Part shown: one piece after another, positions 1 through 9,511 of the stretch | Position numbering within the stretch: the first letter of the stretch is position 1 | Layout: each line of letters opens with the position of its first letter | Source: a virus | Lineage: Duplodnaviria; Heunggongvirae; Uroviricota; Caudoviricetes | Strand: one strand, 5' to 3' | Virus record (IMG/VR): IMGVR_UViG_2531839178_000016 | DNA length: 16,801 nt | Translations under genes and position numbers: made by a program | The notes under the pieces: generated by a model | What the model was told of the DNA's origin: nothing | The model's input: the letters and a program-made list of their open reading frames with translations, nothing else | Databases searched by the model: none

Positions 1-1206
<1,206 letters not shown>

Positions 1207-1419
1207 ATTTTGATATTTTCCAGCACCTCCGCCTTGGAGCTACCGGAGCAGTTGCGCGGGTCATCCGCACCATACAGAGGCGCTGGCATAATGGGAGCCT
1301 TATTTTCAGTAATCAGAAAGGAGGGTAATCGTTCTGGCTGTAACCATAATCATCTGCATGATTCTGGCTTACGTTTTTGCTGCGATTGTCTTTGTCTTTG
1401 AGAGTGGAAACCATATTTG

Positions 1420-1899
1420 CTACAGTTTCTGGTTTCTTTCCTTCAGTTTTTCTTTCAGTGTCTGCCCTGTTTCTGCAATGAATGGAATGCGGATTTCCAT
1501 CTGGTAACTGTCTGCGCCAGTCTTTCTGTTTGTGGTTAATACTTTCTGGAGGACGAGTCCGATTTTCTTTCCGTGAAACTCAGGTGCAACATATTTACTG
1601 ACGGAAACCATATGTTGCGTTAACTGCCCAATTCCTGTGCATCCCATCATGGCGTGAATAATGCTCGCCCCAAATTTATTTTCAGTGCCGTCATTCTTCT
1701 GAACACAAACACTGAGATATTGGATTTTCCGTCCGTCGTCGGATTCTCCAGAAAACTCAATGAATCGGGCACCTTTTTCTGATTGCTTGAGTTCTGCTTC
1801 GGTGATGTTAATGATATGCGCACCCGTTTCGGTAATAAAACCACCTTGTCCGGCGGTCAGTGCTGATTCTTCGTTATAAGTAAAAATCACTTCATCCAT
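1420..1899 (-). CDS. hypothetical phage protein (159 aa), last gene of the exo operon before the IS911 junction
   Basis: ORF start overlaps the exo stop (TAATG) on the same strand. No recognisable family from sequence alone. Confidence 0.5.
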   Translation of the reverse strand: MDEVIFTYNEESALTAGQGGFITETGAHIINITEAELKQSEKGARFIEFSGESDDGRKIQYLSVCVQKNDGTENKFGASIIHAMMGCTGIGQLTQHMVSVSKYVAPEFHGKKIGLVLQKVLTTNRKTGADSYQMEIRIPFIAETGQTLKEKLKERNQKL

Positions 1900-2588
1900 T
1901 AGTTATTAACCCCCCATTGTTCTCCAAATACAAAACCAATTTCCGCCAGTGCTTCGTCCATTTTGTCGATGAACTCCGGCACCATCTCATCAAAACTCGT
2001 CATGTACTTTTCATCCCGCTCGACCACGACATAATGCAGGCCTTCACGCTTCATGCGTGGGTCGTAGTTGGCGAAGTACCAGGCGTCCTTGTCTGTAACC
2101 CACATGCTGAATTGCACCTGGGCCATGTAAGCAGGCTTGATAGCGTCAAAGCCGCCAAGCCGGAACTTCATGAAGTCGCGGGAAGTGAAGGGGCATTTAA
2201 GCTCAAGGCCGTTACCGTCGCTGCATAAACCGTCGGGAGAGCAGGCGGTGCGCATGCTTTCGTCACGAAAAATTATTGGCGTTTCCGAGACGGTAACATC
2301 CGCGATAAATTCGAAGATGGCACGGGCATCATCTTCGTATTGCTTTCCCCATGCGAGCGACTTAGCGTTAACTTCCGGTGCCACGCCGGTACAAACTTCA
2401 GCCAGCAGGGTGTGGAAGTATGAGATTTTTGTATCAGGCCATTTGCTGCCGGAACGTGGCTTTGCTATCACATTGTGAACTTCTGAAGCAGTGATAACAC
2501 CGAGTCTCAGCTTGTGCCATCCATCATCGCCCTGGTCGAGGCTGGTAATATCCACGCCAGTTCGCTGGAGAATAATTTCTGGTGTCAT
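1899..2588 (-). CDS. exo: lambda-type exonuclease (Red-alpha / YqaJ family)
   Basis: 229-aa protein co-linear with recalled lambda Exo (MTP.IILQRTG..., [86 protein letters not shown]). Start overlaps the recT stop (ATGA). Confidence 0.9.
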   Translation of the reverse strand: MTPEIILQRTGVDITSLDQGDDGWHKLRLGVITASEVHNVIAKPRSGSKWPDTKISYFHTLLAEVCTGVAPEVNAKSLAWGKQYEDDARAIFEFIADVTVSETPIIFRDESMRTACSPDGLCSDGNGLELKCPFTSRDFMKFRLGGFDAIKPAYMAQVQFSMWVTDKDAWYFANYDPRMKREGLHYVVVERDEKYMTSFDEMVPEFIDKMDEALAEIGFVFGEQWGVNN

Positions 2589-3190
2589 GACACGGCCTCG
2601 CTGCTATTTTCCGTGGTGGCGTGAATTTTCGCTTCCGCCGTGGCCTTGTTTCTGGCAGCTTTCTTTTTGACAAAATCAAGCGTTTTGACAGCTTCTTCCT
2701 GACTGAGATATTCATGTGATGCAATCGTGCGACGGAATGTTTTGGAACATAAGGGAAGCAGGTCATCCCATGTCTTGTTAATTTCGGTGATTGCCTGAGT
2801 GATCTCATTGATAATCTCATCTGATGCGGGAGTGACGTCACGCTCAGGGATGTGATCAGCATTCAGGATGATACCTTCACCGGCCTGAGTGTTCAGGTAG
2901 TCGATAGCTGTATCCAGGCGATCGCGACGGGGCCAGTATTTGCTGGCGCGCTTAACAATGGCTTTTCTGGCCATTTCATCGGGGAAACTATCCCACGGGC
3001 TACTTCCTCCGTTATTTCCGGCTTTGCTGCACGCCCTGATGACCTCGATTTCCCTGTTGCTCATCTCTTCGGTCAGATAGTCGCCTTCGGATGTTTTTAC
3101 GACACAATAACCGCCAATGCGTGCGCCCCTGTCTACGAATGGGTTGTATTTGTGCGTGGGGGCGCAGTCAATACCGTTGGACTCGTAAAT
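2585..3190 (-). pseudogene. recT: recT/bet-type single-strand annealing protein, C-terminal two-thirds (5-prime end removed by IS600 insertion at 3190/3191)
   Basis: The reading frame is open from the IS600 boundary: IYESNGIDCAPTHKYNPFVDRGARIGGYCVVKTSEGDYLTEEMSNREIEVIRACSKAGNNGGSSPWDSFPDEMARKAIVKRASKYWP..., which parallels E. coli RecT (...VTHVYAVARLKDGGTQFEVMTRKQIELVRSLSKAGNNGPW...MAKKTAIRRLFKYLP). The N-terminal part is at 11944..12291. Confidence 0.8.
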
Positions 3191-3254
3191 TGAGGTAGCC
3201 TGAGTTTAACGGACACTCCTTCCTGAAATAGAATGGCATCAGAAGGAGCTAATA

Positions 3255-3517
3255 ATGAGCAGAAAAACCCAACGTTACTCTAAAGAGTTCAAAGCCGAAG
3301 CTGTCAGAACGGTTCTTGAAAATCAACTTTCGATCAGTGAAGGCGCTTCCCGATTATCCCTTCCTGAAGGCACTTTAGGACAATGGGTTACCGCCGCCAG
3401 AAAAGGACTCGGTACTCCTGGTTCCCGCACGGTGGCTGAACTGGAATCTGAAATTCTGCAACTGCGTAAGGCGTTAAATGAAGCTCGCCTTGAGCGAGAT
3501 ATATTAAAAAAAGCAAC
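3255..3517 (+). pseudogene. IS600 orfA, interrupted by IS30 after ...ERDILKKAT
   Basis: MSRKTQRYSKEFKAEAVRTVLENQLSISEGASRLSLPEGTLGQWV... is the IS600 OrfA sequence. The frame reads into the IS30 terminal repeat at 3518. The remaining orfA codons (AYFAQESLKNTR*) resume after IS30 at 4741. Confidence 0.85.
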
Positions 3518-4738
3518 TGTAGATTCAATTGGTCAACGCAACAGTTATGTGAAAACATGGGGTCGCGGAGGTTTTTTGAATGAGACGAACATTTACAGCA
3601 GAGGAAAAAGCCTCTGTTTTTGAACTATGGAAGAACGGAACAGGCTTCAGTGAAATAGCGAATATCCTGGGTTCAAAACCCGGAACGATCTTCACTATGT
3701 TAAGGGATACTGGCGGCATAAAACCCCATGAGCGTAAGCGGGCTGTAGCTCACCTGACACTGTCTGAGCGCGAGGAGATACGAGCTGGTTTGTCAGCCAA
3801 AATGAGCATTCGTGCGATAGCTACTGCGCTGAATCGCAGTCCTTCGACGATCTCACGTGAAGTTCAGCGTAATCGGGGCAGACGCTATTACAAAGCTGTT
3901 GATGCTAATAACCGAGCCAACAGAATGGCGAAAAGGCCAAAACCGTGCTTACTGGATCAAAATTTACCATTGCGAAAGCTTGTTCTGGAAAAGCTGGAGA
4001 TGAAATGGTCTCCAGAGCAAATATCAGGATGGTTAAGGCGAACAAAACCACGTCAAAAAACGCTGCGAATATCACCTGAGACAATTTATAAAACGCTGTA
4101 CTTTCGTAGCCGTGAAGCGCTACACCACCTGAATATACAGCATCTGCGACGGTCGCATAGCCTTCGCCATGGCAGGCGTCATACCCGCAAAGGCGAAAGA
4201 GGTACGATTAACATAGTGAACGGAACACCAATTCACGAACGTTCCCGAAATATCGATAACAGACGCTCTCTGGGGCATTGGGAGGGCGATTTAGTCTCAG
4301 GTACAAAAAACTCTCATATAGCCACACTTGTAGACCGAAAATCACGTTATACGATCATCCTTAGACTCAGGGGCAAAGATTCTGTCTCAGTAAATCAGGC
4401 TCTTACCGACAAATTCCTGAGTTTACCGTCAGAACTCAGAAAATCACTGACATGGGACAGAGGAATGGAACTGGCCAGACATCTAGAATTTACTGTCAGC
4501 ACCGGCGTTAAAGTTTACTTCTGCGATCCTCAGAGTCCTTGGCAGCGGGGAACAAATGAGAACACAAATGGGCTAATTCGGCAGTACTTTCCTAAAAAGA
4601 CATGTCTTGCCCAATATACTCAACATGAACTAGATCTGGTTGCTGCTCAGCTAAACAACAGACCGAGAAAGACACTGAAGTTCAAAACACCGAAAGAGAT
4701 AATTGAAAGGGGTGTTGCATTGACAGATTGAATCTACA
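3518..4738 (+). mobile_element. IS30 (complete, 1221 bp) nested in IS600; flanked by 2-bp duplication AC
   Basis: Terminal repeats TGTAGATTCAATTGGTCAACGC (3518) and GCATTGACAGATTGAATCTACA (ends 4738). AC is present on both flanks (3516..3517 and 4739..4740). Confidence 0.95.
3580..4731 (+). CDS. insI: IS30 transposase (383 aa)
   Basis: Full-length ORF with N-terminal HTH and C-terminal DDE-type catalytic domain, bounded by IS30 inverted repeats. Identical translation to the copy at 13238..14389. Confidence 0.95.
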   Translation: MRRTFTAEEKASVFELWKNGTGFSEIANILGSKPGTIFTMLRDTGGIKPHERKRAVAHLTLSEREEIRAGLSAKMSIRAIATALNRSPSTISREVQRNRGRRYYKAVDANNRANRMAKRPKPCLLDQNLPLRKLVLEKLEMKWSPEQISGWLRRTKPRQKTLRISPETIYKTLYFRSREALHHLNIQHLRRSHSLRHGRRHTRKGERGTINIVNGTPIHERSRNIDNRRSLGHWEGDLVSGTKNSHIATLVDRKSRYTIILRLRGKDSVSVNQALTDKFLSLPSELRKSLTWDRGMELARHLEFTVSTGVKVYFCDPQSPWQRGTNENTNGLIRQYFPKKTCLAQYTQHELDLVAAQLNNRPRKTLKFKTPKEIIERGVALTD

Positions 4739-4815
4739 ACAGCGTATTTTGCACAGGAGTCGCTGAAAAATACGCGTTAATCGAACAATGGCGACAACAA
4801 TTTCCCATTGAAGCG

Positions 4816-5634
4816 ATGTGTCAGGTATTTGGTGTATCCAGGAGCGGTTATTACAACTGGGTACAGCATGAACCCTCAGACAGAAAACAAAGTGATGAGC
4901 GGCTAAAACTGGAGATTAAGGTGGCACATATCCGCACTCGCGAAACATATGGAACCCGGCGGCTCCAGACGGAGCTGGCAGAGAATGGCATCATCGTTGG
5001 TCGTGACCGACTGGCACGTCTTCGTAAGGAGCTAAGGCTACGCTGTAAGCAGAAACGCAAGTTCAGAGCGACTACGAACCCGAACCACAATCTGCCAGTT
5101 GCGCCAAATCTGCTGAACCAGACGTTCGCTCCTACAGCACCAAATCAGGTCTGGGTGGCGGACCTGACGTATGTTGCCACACAGGAGGGATGGTTGTACC
5201 TCGCTGGCATCAAAGATGTTTATACGTGCGAAATTGTCGGCTACGCCATGGGAGAGCGCATGACAAAAGAGCTGACAGGTAAAGCCCTGTTTATGGCGCT
5301 CAGGAGCCAGCGCCCACCTGCCGGGCTAATCCACCACTCTGATCGAGGTTCACAGTACTGCGCATACGATTACCGGGTCATACAGGAGCAGTTTGGTCTG
5401 AAAACATCAATGTCGCGTAAAGGTAACTGTTACGACAACGCTCCGATGGAAAGCTTCTGGGGAACGCTGAAAAATGAGAGCCTGAGCCACTATCGTTTTA
5501 ATAACCGGGATGAAGCCATCTCAGTAATACGGGAATACATTGAGATTTTCTACAATCGTCAGCGTCGTCACTCTCGTCTGGGGAATATCTCCCCGGCAGC
5601 CTTCAGGGAAAAATATCATCAGATGGCTGCTTAA
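4816..5634 (+). CDS. IS600 transposase OrfB frame (DDE integrase); the OrfAB fusion is prevented by the IS30 insertion
   Basis: 272-aa ORF with IS3-family motifs (WVADLTYV, HSDRGSQYCA, GNCYDNAPMESFW). Matches recalled IS600 OrfB. Confidence 0.85.
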   Translation: MCQVFGVSRSGYYNWVQHEPSDRKQSDERLKLEIKVAHIRTRETYGTRRLQTELAENGIIVGRDRLARLRKELRLRCKQKRKFRATTNPNHNLPVAPNLLNQTFAPTAPNQVWVADLTYVATQEGWLYLAGIKDVYTCEIVGYAMGERMTKELTGKALFMALRSQRPPAGLIHHSDRGSQYCAYDYRVIQEQFGLKTSMSRKGNCYDNAPMESFWGTLKNESLSHYRFNNRDEAISVIREYIEIFYNRQRRHSRLGNISPAAFREKYHQMAA

Positions 5635-7136
5635 AAAAAGAACAAATGGTAGTGTCCGCTATTGCCAGTACACCTCATTGACTTGATGAAATTGTGCACT
5701 TCAACCGAGGTTTGCAGCGGCGCGTTACTGAAGCCTTTAGGCCACACCCCGAACTTCTCTTTGTAGGTATGAGCGCACCATCCGTCACTCAGTGGCTTAC
5801 CTGTCGCGTTGCGGTAATTCTGATAGCCCTTGATCTCACTCCACCACCGCTGTTTTTCCTCACGGCTGTATTCGCGTTTCCCTTTGTTTACGCGAGAGAG
5901 TTTTCGATCGCGGTCTGTTGCCACATCATCGCCACCAAGAGGACGAAACCCACATTTGGGACACATGTGTACACCAGCAGGCTTCATGAAGTGGCATTTG
6001 GGGCATTCTCTGGGAAGTTTTTCAGCTTTAACCTCGCCACCGCCAGCAGACGCTTTCATTCCGTCATTTTTGCCCGGCAGTTCGTCATACTCGATATCCT
6101 CGGGGAAACCCAGCCGATGAACCGTGCCAGAATGGTCGAAAATCAACGCACGTTGTTTACCTGGGGCTGTACGTAACGCTCTACCTATGCACTGCAACCA
6201 ACGGATTTCTGATTTTGTCGGACGGGCATAGATCAGGCAGCGAACATCGCTGTCAAATCCCGCAACCAGTACGCCGACGTTGACAATTATTTTGGTCACG
6301 CCCTCTTCAAAACGGCGAATGATGTCCTGTCGTTCATCATGGAGGGTATCTGCCGTCATCACCTCTGCGCCAATACCGGCCTGTAAAAACTCACGGGTAA
6401 CAAAATTCGCATGCGCAACATTCACACAGAAGCAGATCGTCGGCAAATCCTCACCATTCTCAAGCCAGTTGCGAACGATATCGCCAACCAGATCCGAACT
6501 CCCCATGATGGATGCGAGCTGCTCCTCGTTGTAATCCCGTCCAAATACGGTGTTACTGGTTTTTACGCCAGCCAGATCAGGCATTGAGGGGGCAAAAAAC
6601 TCATAATCGCTCAGATCACCACGCTGAATAAGTTCACGAATCGTTGTAGGCTTGATCAGGCATTCGTAGTACTTCCCCATCCAGGCTGCGAACGGGGTAC
6701 CGGAAAGTCCAAGAACCCTGATGTCTCTGTCCCGGATAACCTCAAGTAACGCACGACGCTTCATGTGTGCTTCATCGATGATCAGCAGATCGATGTTGTT
6801 AGGAAACTCACGACGGATCAGCGTGTCGGCACTGGCAATCTGAATCAGTCGTGACGGGTCATAGTTAGGGTGATCACGCCATACAAAACTGATTTCTTCC
6901 CACGGCAAACCGTATTCGGTGAAACGTTCCGCTGTCTGGTTCAGCAGGATGGTGTACGGACAGACAAACATCACTCGCATACCACGTTCAACCATTCCGG
7001 CGGTGACGAATGCTGCAAGACCAGTTTTGCCAGAGCCAGTGGGTGCATACATCAGGTACGTGCGATGCTGTTTCCACTGGTGCCGCAGCTGGTTTAAACC
7101 GCGCTCCTGAGCAAAGTTTGGGATTATTTTCAGCAT
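5631..7136 (-). CDS. SF2 DEAH-box helicase (ResIII-like core plus C-terminal zinc ribbon); native 3-prime end replaced by IS600 sequence from 5677 downward
   Basis: Motif I APTGSGKT, motif II LLIIDEAH, motif III SGTPF, motif VI QCIGRALR, then CPKCHF...CPKCGF zinc ribbon. The last about 15 codons (MRCTGNSGHYHLFFF) lie in the IS600 right end. Start overlaps the stop of the upstream 128-aa gene (ATGCTGA). Confidence 0.85.
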   Translation of the reverse strand: MLKIIPNFAQERGLNQLRHQWKQHRTYLMYAPTGSGKTGLAAFVTAGMVERGMRVMFVCPYTILLNQTAERFTEYGLPWEEISFVWRDHPNYDPSRLIQIASADTLIRREFPNNIDLLIIDEAHMKRRALLEVIRDRDIRVLGLSGTPFAAWMGKYYECLIKPTTIRELIQRGDLSDYEFFAPSMPDLAGVKTSNTVFGRDYNEEQLASIMGSSDLVGDIVRNWLENGEDLPTICFCVNVAHANFVTREFLQAGIGAEVMTADTLHDERQDIIRRFEEGVTKIIVNVGVLVAGFDSDVRCLIYARPTKSEIRWLQCIGRALRTAPGKQRALIFDHSGTVHRLGFPEDIEYDELPGKNDGMKASAGGGEVKAEKLPRECPKCHFMKPAGVHMCPKCGFRPLGGDDVATDRDRKLSRVNKGKREYSREEKQRWWSEIKGYQNYRNATGKPLSDGWCAHTYKEKFGVWPKGFSNAPLQTSVEVHNFIKSMRCTGNSGHYHLFFF

Positions 7137-7516
7137 GACGCCCCCTTGCTACGTGATTTACCCGTTGCCGGGATCACGTCGATCTCATCGCTAACGTATT
7201 GATCCGGATTACGTGAACAGCGCAGAAGCACGATACCAGGAATGCCGTATAGCTTGAGTCTGCGCAGTTTCAGTATTGAACGTGCCCGTGGTGACGCTCT
7301 GTCCACCTCGATCGCGCACCGTTCACCAGATGGGGCAACGACCATGATATCGACGAATCCGCGCTTACCGTTGCCCATATCAACCAGATAATTACGTTCG
7401 ATCGCCAGTCCGGCATCACGCAATTTGGCAGCCAGCACATAATCAAACGTGACCTTGTCTTTTCCGGTGTAGAATTTGTTTCCGAGCAGGCTGATAACCA
7501 CATGTTTGATGAACAT
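7130..7516 (-). CDS. hypothetical protein (128 aa), translationally coupled to the helicase; possible nuclease-like fold (very tentative)
   Basis: ORF with ATG start and coupled stop/start overlap with the helicase. Contains D...E.D spacing (GFVDIMVV...AIEVD) reminiscent of, but not diagnostic for, PD-(D/E)xK nucleases. Confidence 0.5.
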   Translation of the reverse strand: MFIKHVVISLLGNKFYTGKDKVTFDYVLAAKLRDAGLAIERNYLVDMGNGKRGFVDIMVVAPSGERCAIEVDRASPRARSILKLRRLKLYGIPGIVLLRCSRNPDQYVSDEIDVIPATGKSRSKGASC

Positions 7517-7697
7517 GGTACTATTTCCACCGTAATGGTTAGTGTAATAACAATTTCTCCAAAAACCATCTCACCCTATACAGTGATCTACCTAACCTAT
7601 GGAGCTGCCTTCCTCTGGTAGTGCCCTTACAGGCACGGATGTTACAGATCTGCCCCCTTACCCCCTTCTTAGTAAAATTTCAAGCGCAATGGTTTCA

Positions 7698-7714
7698 TGT
7701 GAAATCATTTCACA
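7698..7714. repeat. perfect 17-bp palindrome TGTGAAATCATTTCACA (candidate operator or protein-binding site)
   Basis: Read directly from sequence. Lies in the 220-bp intergenic region between the 93-aa gene and the 128-aa/helicase genes. Confidence 0.6.
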
Positions 7715-7736
7715 AAAATAATCACCTTGATGAGAT

Positions 7737-8018
7737 CTATTCCTTCCGTATCGCTACTGGCGAAAGCATCCAGCCACGGCTGGCTCTCGCGTACTTCTGG
7801 ACATACACCCGTAACCGGGTGTTGGCGCTCCGTCTTGCCCTGTTGCCCTTCCTGAACGATACAGGCTCCTTGTCCCACTCTTCCTGGTACACTCTCGCGT
7901 ACTCTGCTGCAATTTTTACCCTGGTGGTCGGGTCTAGCTGTAACAATTGCTCCTGTATCCAGTCCCGATCAGCATCACAGTACTGATCGGGCATAACCGT
8001 TTTGATTTGCCTGTTCAC
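7737..8018 (-). CDS. hypothetical protein (93 aa) in the cII-equivalent position; GTG start
   Basis: GTG start preceded by GGAGG at 5-nt spacing, 22 bp downstream of the cro-like stop on the same strand. Charged helical-looking sequence, no recognisable family. Confidence 0.5.
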   Translation of the reverse strand: MNRQIKTVMPDQYCDADRDWIQEQLLQLDPTTRVKIAAEYARVYQEEWDKEPVSFRKGNRARRSANTRLRVYVQKYARASRGWMLSPVAIRKE

Positions 8019-8040
8019 TCACACCTCCGATGGAGGGTTA

Positions 8041-8280
8041 TCAGGCTGTTTGCCTTACATGAAGCGGAATACCATCTTCCATGTTTAGGTAGTCATGCGG
8101 GTTTAGTTCATGGGGAGTTACATTCCAGTCTGTAGCTTTTGCCCATTCAATGGCTTTCCGCCCCTGAGGCATGTATCTCCCTGTAATAACCCCACTGACA
8201 AATCCCTGAGAAACTCCAACAATCGCCGCAAAATCGGCTTGTCTGATAGAGCTTTGTCTCAAGTACTCGTCAAGAGTCAT
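8041..8280 (-). CDS. cro: Cro-like small HTH regulator (79 aa)
   Basis: Divergent from cI across a 105-bp region. Size and HTH-like segment (QADFAAIVGVSQGFVSGVITGRYMP) fit Cro/YdaS-type proteins. GGGAGG RBS 6 nt before ATG. Confidence 0.65.
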   Translation of the reverse strand: MTLDEYLRQSSIRQADFAAIVGVSQGFVSGVITGRYMPQGRKAIEWAKATDWNVTPHELNPHDYLNMEDGIPLHVRQTA

Positions 8281-8385
8281 AGAGATCCTCCCATTTCAAT
8301 TTTCCGATATTAGCTTACCTGATTTAAATGTCAATAGGCTAGCTATTTGATAAATATTTGTGTTGCTAATAAAATCGGAGGCACT
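8281..8385. promoter_or_regulatory. cI/cro divergent control region (PR- and PRM-like promoters; operator sites not resolved)
   Basis: Minus strand: -35 TTGACA (8329..8334), 16-bp spacer, -10 TAATAT (8307..8312), driving cro. Plus strand: -35 TTGATA (8347..8352), 17-bp spacer, -10 TAAAAT (8370..8375), giving a nearly leaderless cI transcript. Predicted start sites are about 82 bp apart. Confidence 0.6.
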
Positions 8386-9105
8386 ATGACGAAGAAAATT
8401 ACAATTACTGACAAAGACATCCAGAACGCTGAACGACTGCGCAAAATCTGGGATGAAAAACGGAAACAGCTATCCCTAAGCCAGGAAAAAGCCGCAGATA
8501 TCCTCGGCTTCAAAACGCAGGGGGCTGTTAGTCAGTTATTGAACGCAAAAATTGCGTTAAATACTGAAAATACCCTTAAGTTTGCGGCTTTATTACAGGT
8601 TCCTGCGGAAGAAATTAATCCAGATCTGAGTGATTTGTTACGCAGTATTCGTACCCACACACCGGGAAACAGGCGTAACCTGTTCGAGAAATATTACGAA
8701 TATCCGTTACTCTCCTGCGTACAGGCTGGAGCTTTCTCAATGGATGATTTTTCGTACACCGCAAAGGATGCGATTAAGTGGATCTCCACCACCACAAAAG
8801 CCAGTGACAGGTCGTTCTGGCTGGAGGTCAAGGGGCATTCAATGACCGCGCCGCAGGGTGGTAAACCCAGTTTCCCCGAAGGGATGCTGATACTCGTTGA
8901 CCCTGAGCGGGAGATTGAGGATGGCGATTTTTGCGTGGCCCGAATGAATGGCGATGAATTCACCTTCAAACGATTCATTCGTGAGAGCGGTAAAGCGTAC
9001 CTGGAGCCACTCAACCCACGATTCGACATGATTGAGTGTAACGAAAACTGCCAGTTTGTCGGAAAGGTCATAAAGTCGCAGTGGAATGATGAGACTTTTG
9101 ATTGA
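8386..9105 (+). CDS. cI: CI-type prophage repressor (HTH plus LexA-like S24 autopeptidase domain), 239 aa
   Basis: Co-linear with recalled lambda CI: Ala-Gly cleavage site (CVQAGAFS), catalytic Ser (GHSMTAP) and Lys (FTFKRF), [33 protein letters not shown] at 8386 preceded by GGAG. Confidence 0.9.
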   Translation: MTKKITITDKDIQNAERLRKIWDEKRKQLSLSQEKAADILGFKTQGAVSQLLNAKIALNTENTLKFAALLQVPAEEINPDLSDLLRSIRTHTPGNRRNLFEKYYEYPLLSCVQAGAFSMDDFSYTAKDAIKWISTTTKASDRSFWLEVKGHSMTAPQGGKPSFPEGMLILVDPEREIEDGDFCVARMNGDEFTFKRFIRESGKAYLEPLNPRFDMIECNENCQFVGKVIKSQWNDETFD

Positions 9106-9226
9106 ACTCACAGGATGATATCAATAACCTTGCAGGGAGGCTATTTTATTTCCTTTTTCAGCGAAAAATCTCCGAGAACCCTCGCCCAATGCGGGCGGGG
9201 AGCAGTCGCAATCAAGTGAGCCATAA

Positions 9227-9400
9227 ATGAACAAAGACAAATCCTTGACACAACAAGTGGAAGAAATACTTAGCAAGCAAAAAGTTAGCGAGCAAGGAAA
9301 AATGATTCAATCATTAAAGAACATGGGCTTGATCAACAAGCCTGTTTTTACTTTGGCTTATGGACCAGATATTACAACCTGCCAAATGCACCAATAACAA
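9227..9400 (+). CDS. candidate small ORF (58 aa) downstream of cI, ending at the terminator
   Basis: ATG-initiated open frame MNKDKSLTQQVEEILSKQKVSEQGKMIQSLKNMGLINKPVFTLAYGPDITTCQMHQ. Weak RBS. Below the length cutoff of the supplied ORF track. Confidence 0.35.
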
Positions 9401-9426
9401 AACCCGGCCTTGGTGCCGGGTTTTGT
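9399..9426. terminator. bidirectional intrinsic terminator between convergent cI and hicB
   Basis: AAAACCCGGCCTTGGTGCCGGGTTTT: 8-bp GC-rich stem, 6-nt loop, A-run upstream and T-run downstream. Confidence 0.7.
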
Positions 9427-9511
9427 TTGCCTCCTGCTCGCCCCACCATTTACCAGTGCGCCGTAAATTCCCCATTCTTCGGCGGTGAGGATGTCAAAGA
9501 CGAAGGGAACA

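Larger units (their letters stand above)
3191..5677 (+). mobile_element. IS600 copy 1 carrying a nested IS30 (composite, 2487 bp)
   Basis: Ends TGAGGTAGCCTGAG... (3191) and ...CCAGTACACCTCA (5677) are imperfect inverted repeats with TG/CA termini. IS600 parts total 1264 bp after removing IS30 and its 2-bp duplication, the expected IS600 length. Confidence 0.9.

Noticed and set aside
1917-2478. Plus-strand ORFs 1917..2228 and 2137..2478
   Set aside because: Antisense to exo, which has strong family-level support.
2524-3193. ORFs 2524..2862 (minus) and 2852..3193 (plus)
   Set aside because: Alternative-frame or antisense overlaps of the recT C-terminal coding region.
4851-5090. 79-aa ORF antisense within IS600 orfB (also 12879..13118)
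   Set aside because: Antisense to the transposase, Arg/Ser-rich low-complexity translation.
5694-7110. Plus-strand ORFs 5694..6176, 5830..6120, 6280..6534, 6870..7097, 6919..7110
   Set aside because: All lie antisense within the helicase gene, which has a complete SF2 motif set on the minus strand.
7698-7714. Interpretation of the 17-bp palindrome as a canonical CRP site
   Set aside because: Arms are TGTGA/TCACA but the spacer is 7 bp, not 6 bp, so it does not fit the CRP consensus. Kept only as a generic palindrome.
7270-8313. ORFs 7270..7569 (minus), 7621..7986 (plus), 7947..8135 (plus), 8110..8313 (plus)
   Set aside because: Overlap or lie antisense to the better-supported 128-aa, 93-aa and cro-like genes; no RBS and implausible composition.
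8630-9111. ORFs 8630..8845 (plus), 8694..9071 (minus), 8839..9111 (minus) inside cI
   Set aside because: Alternative-frame or antisense to the cI repressor.
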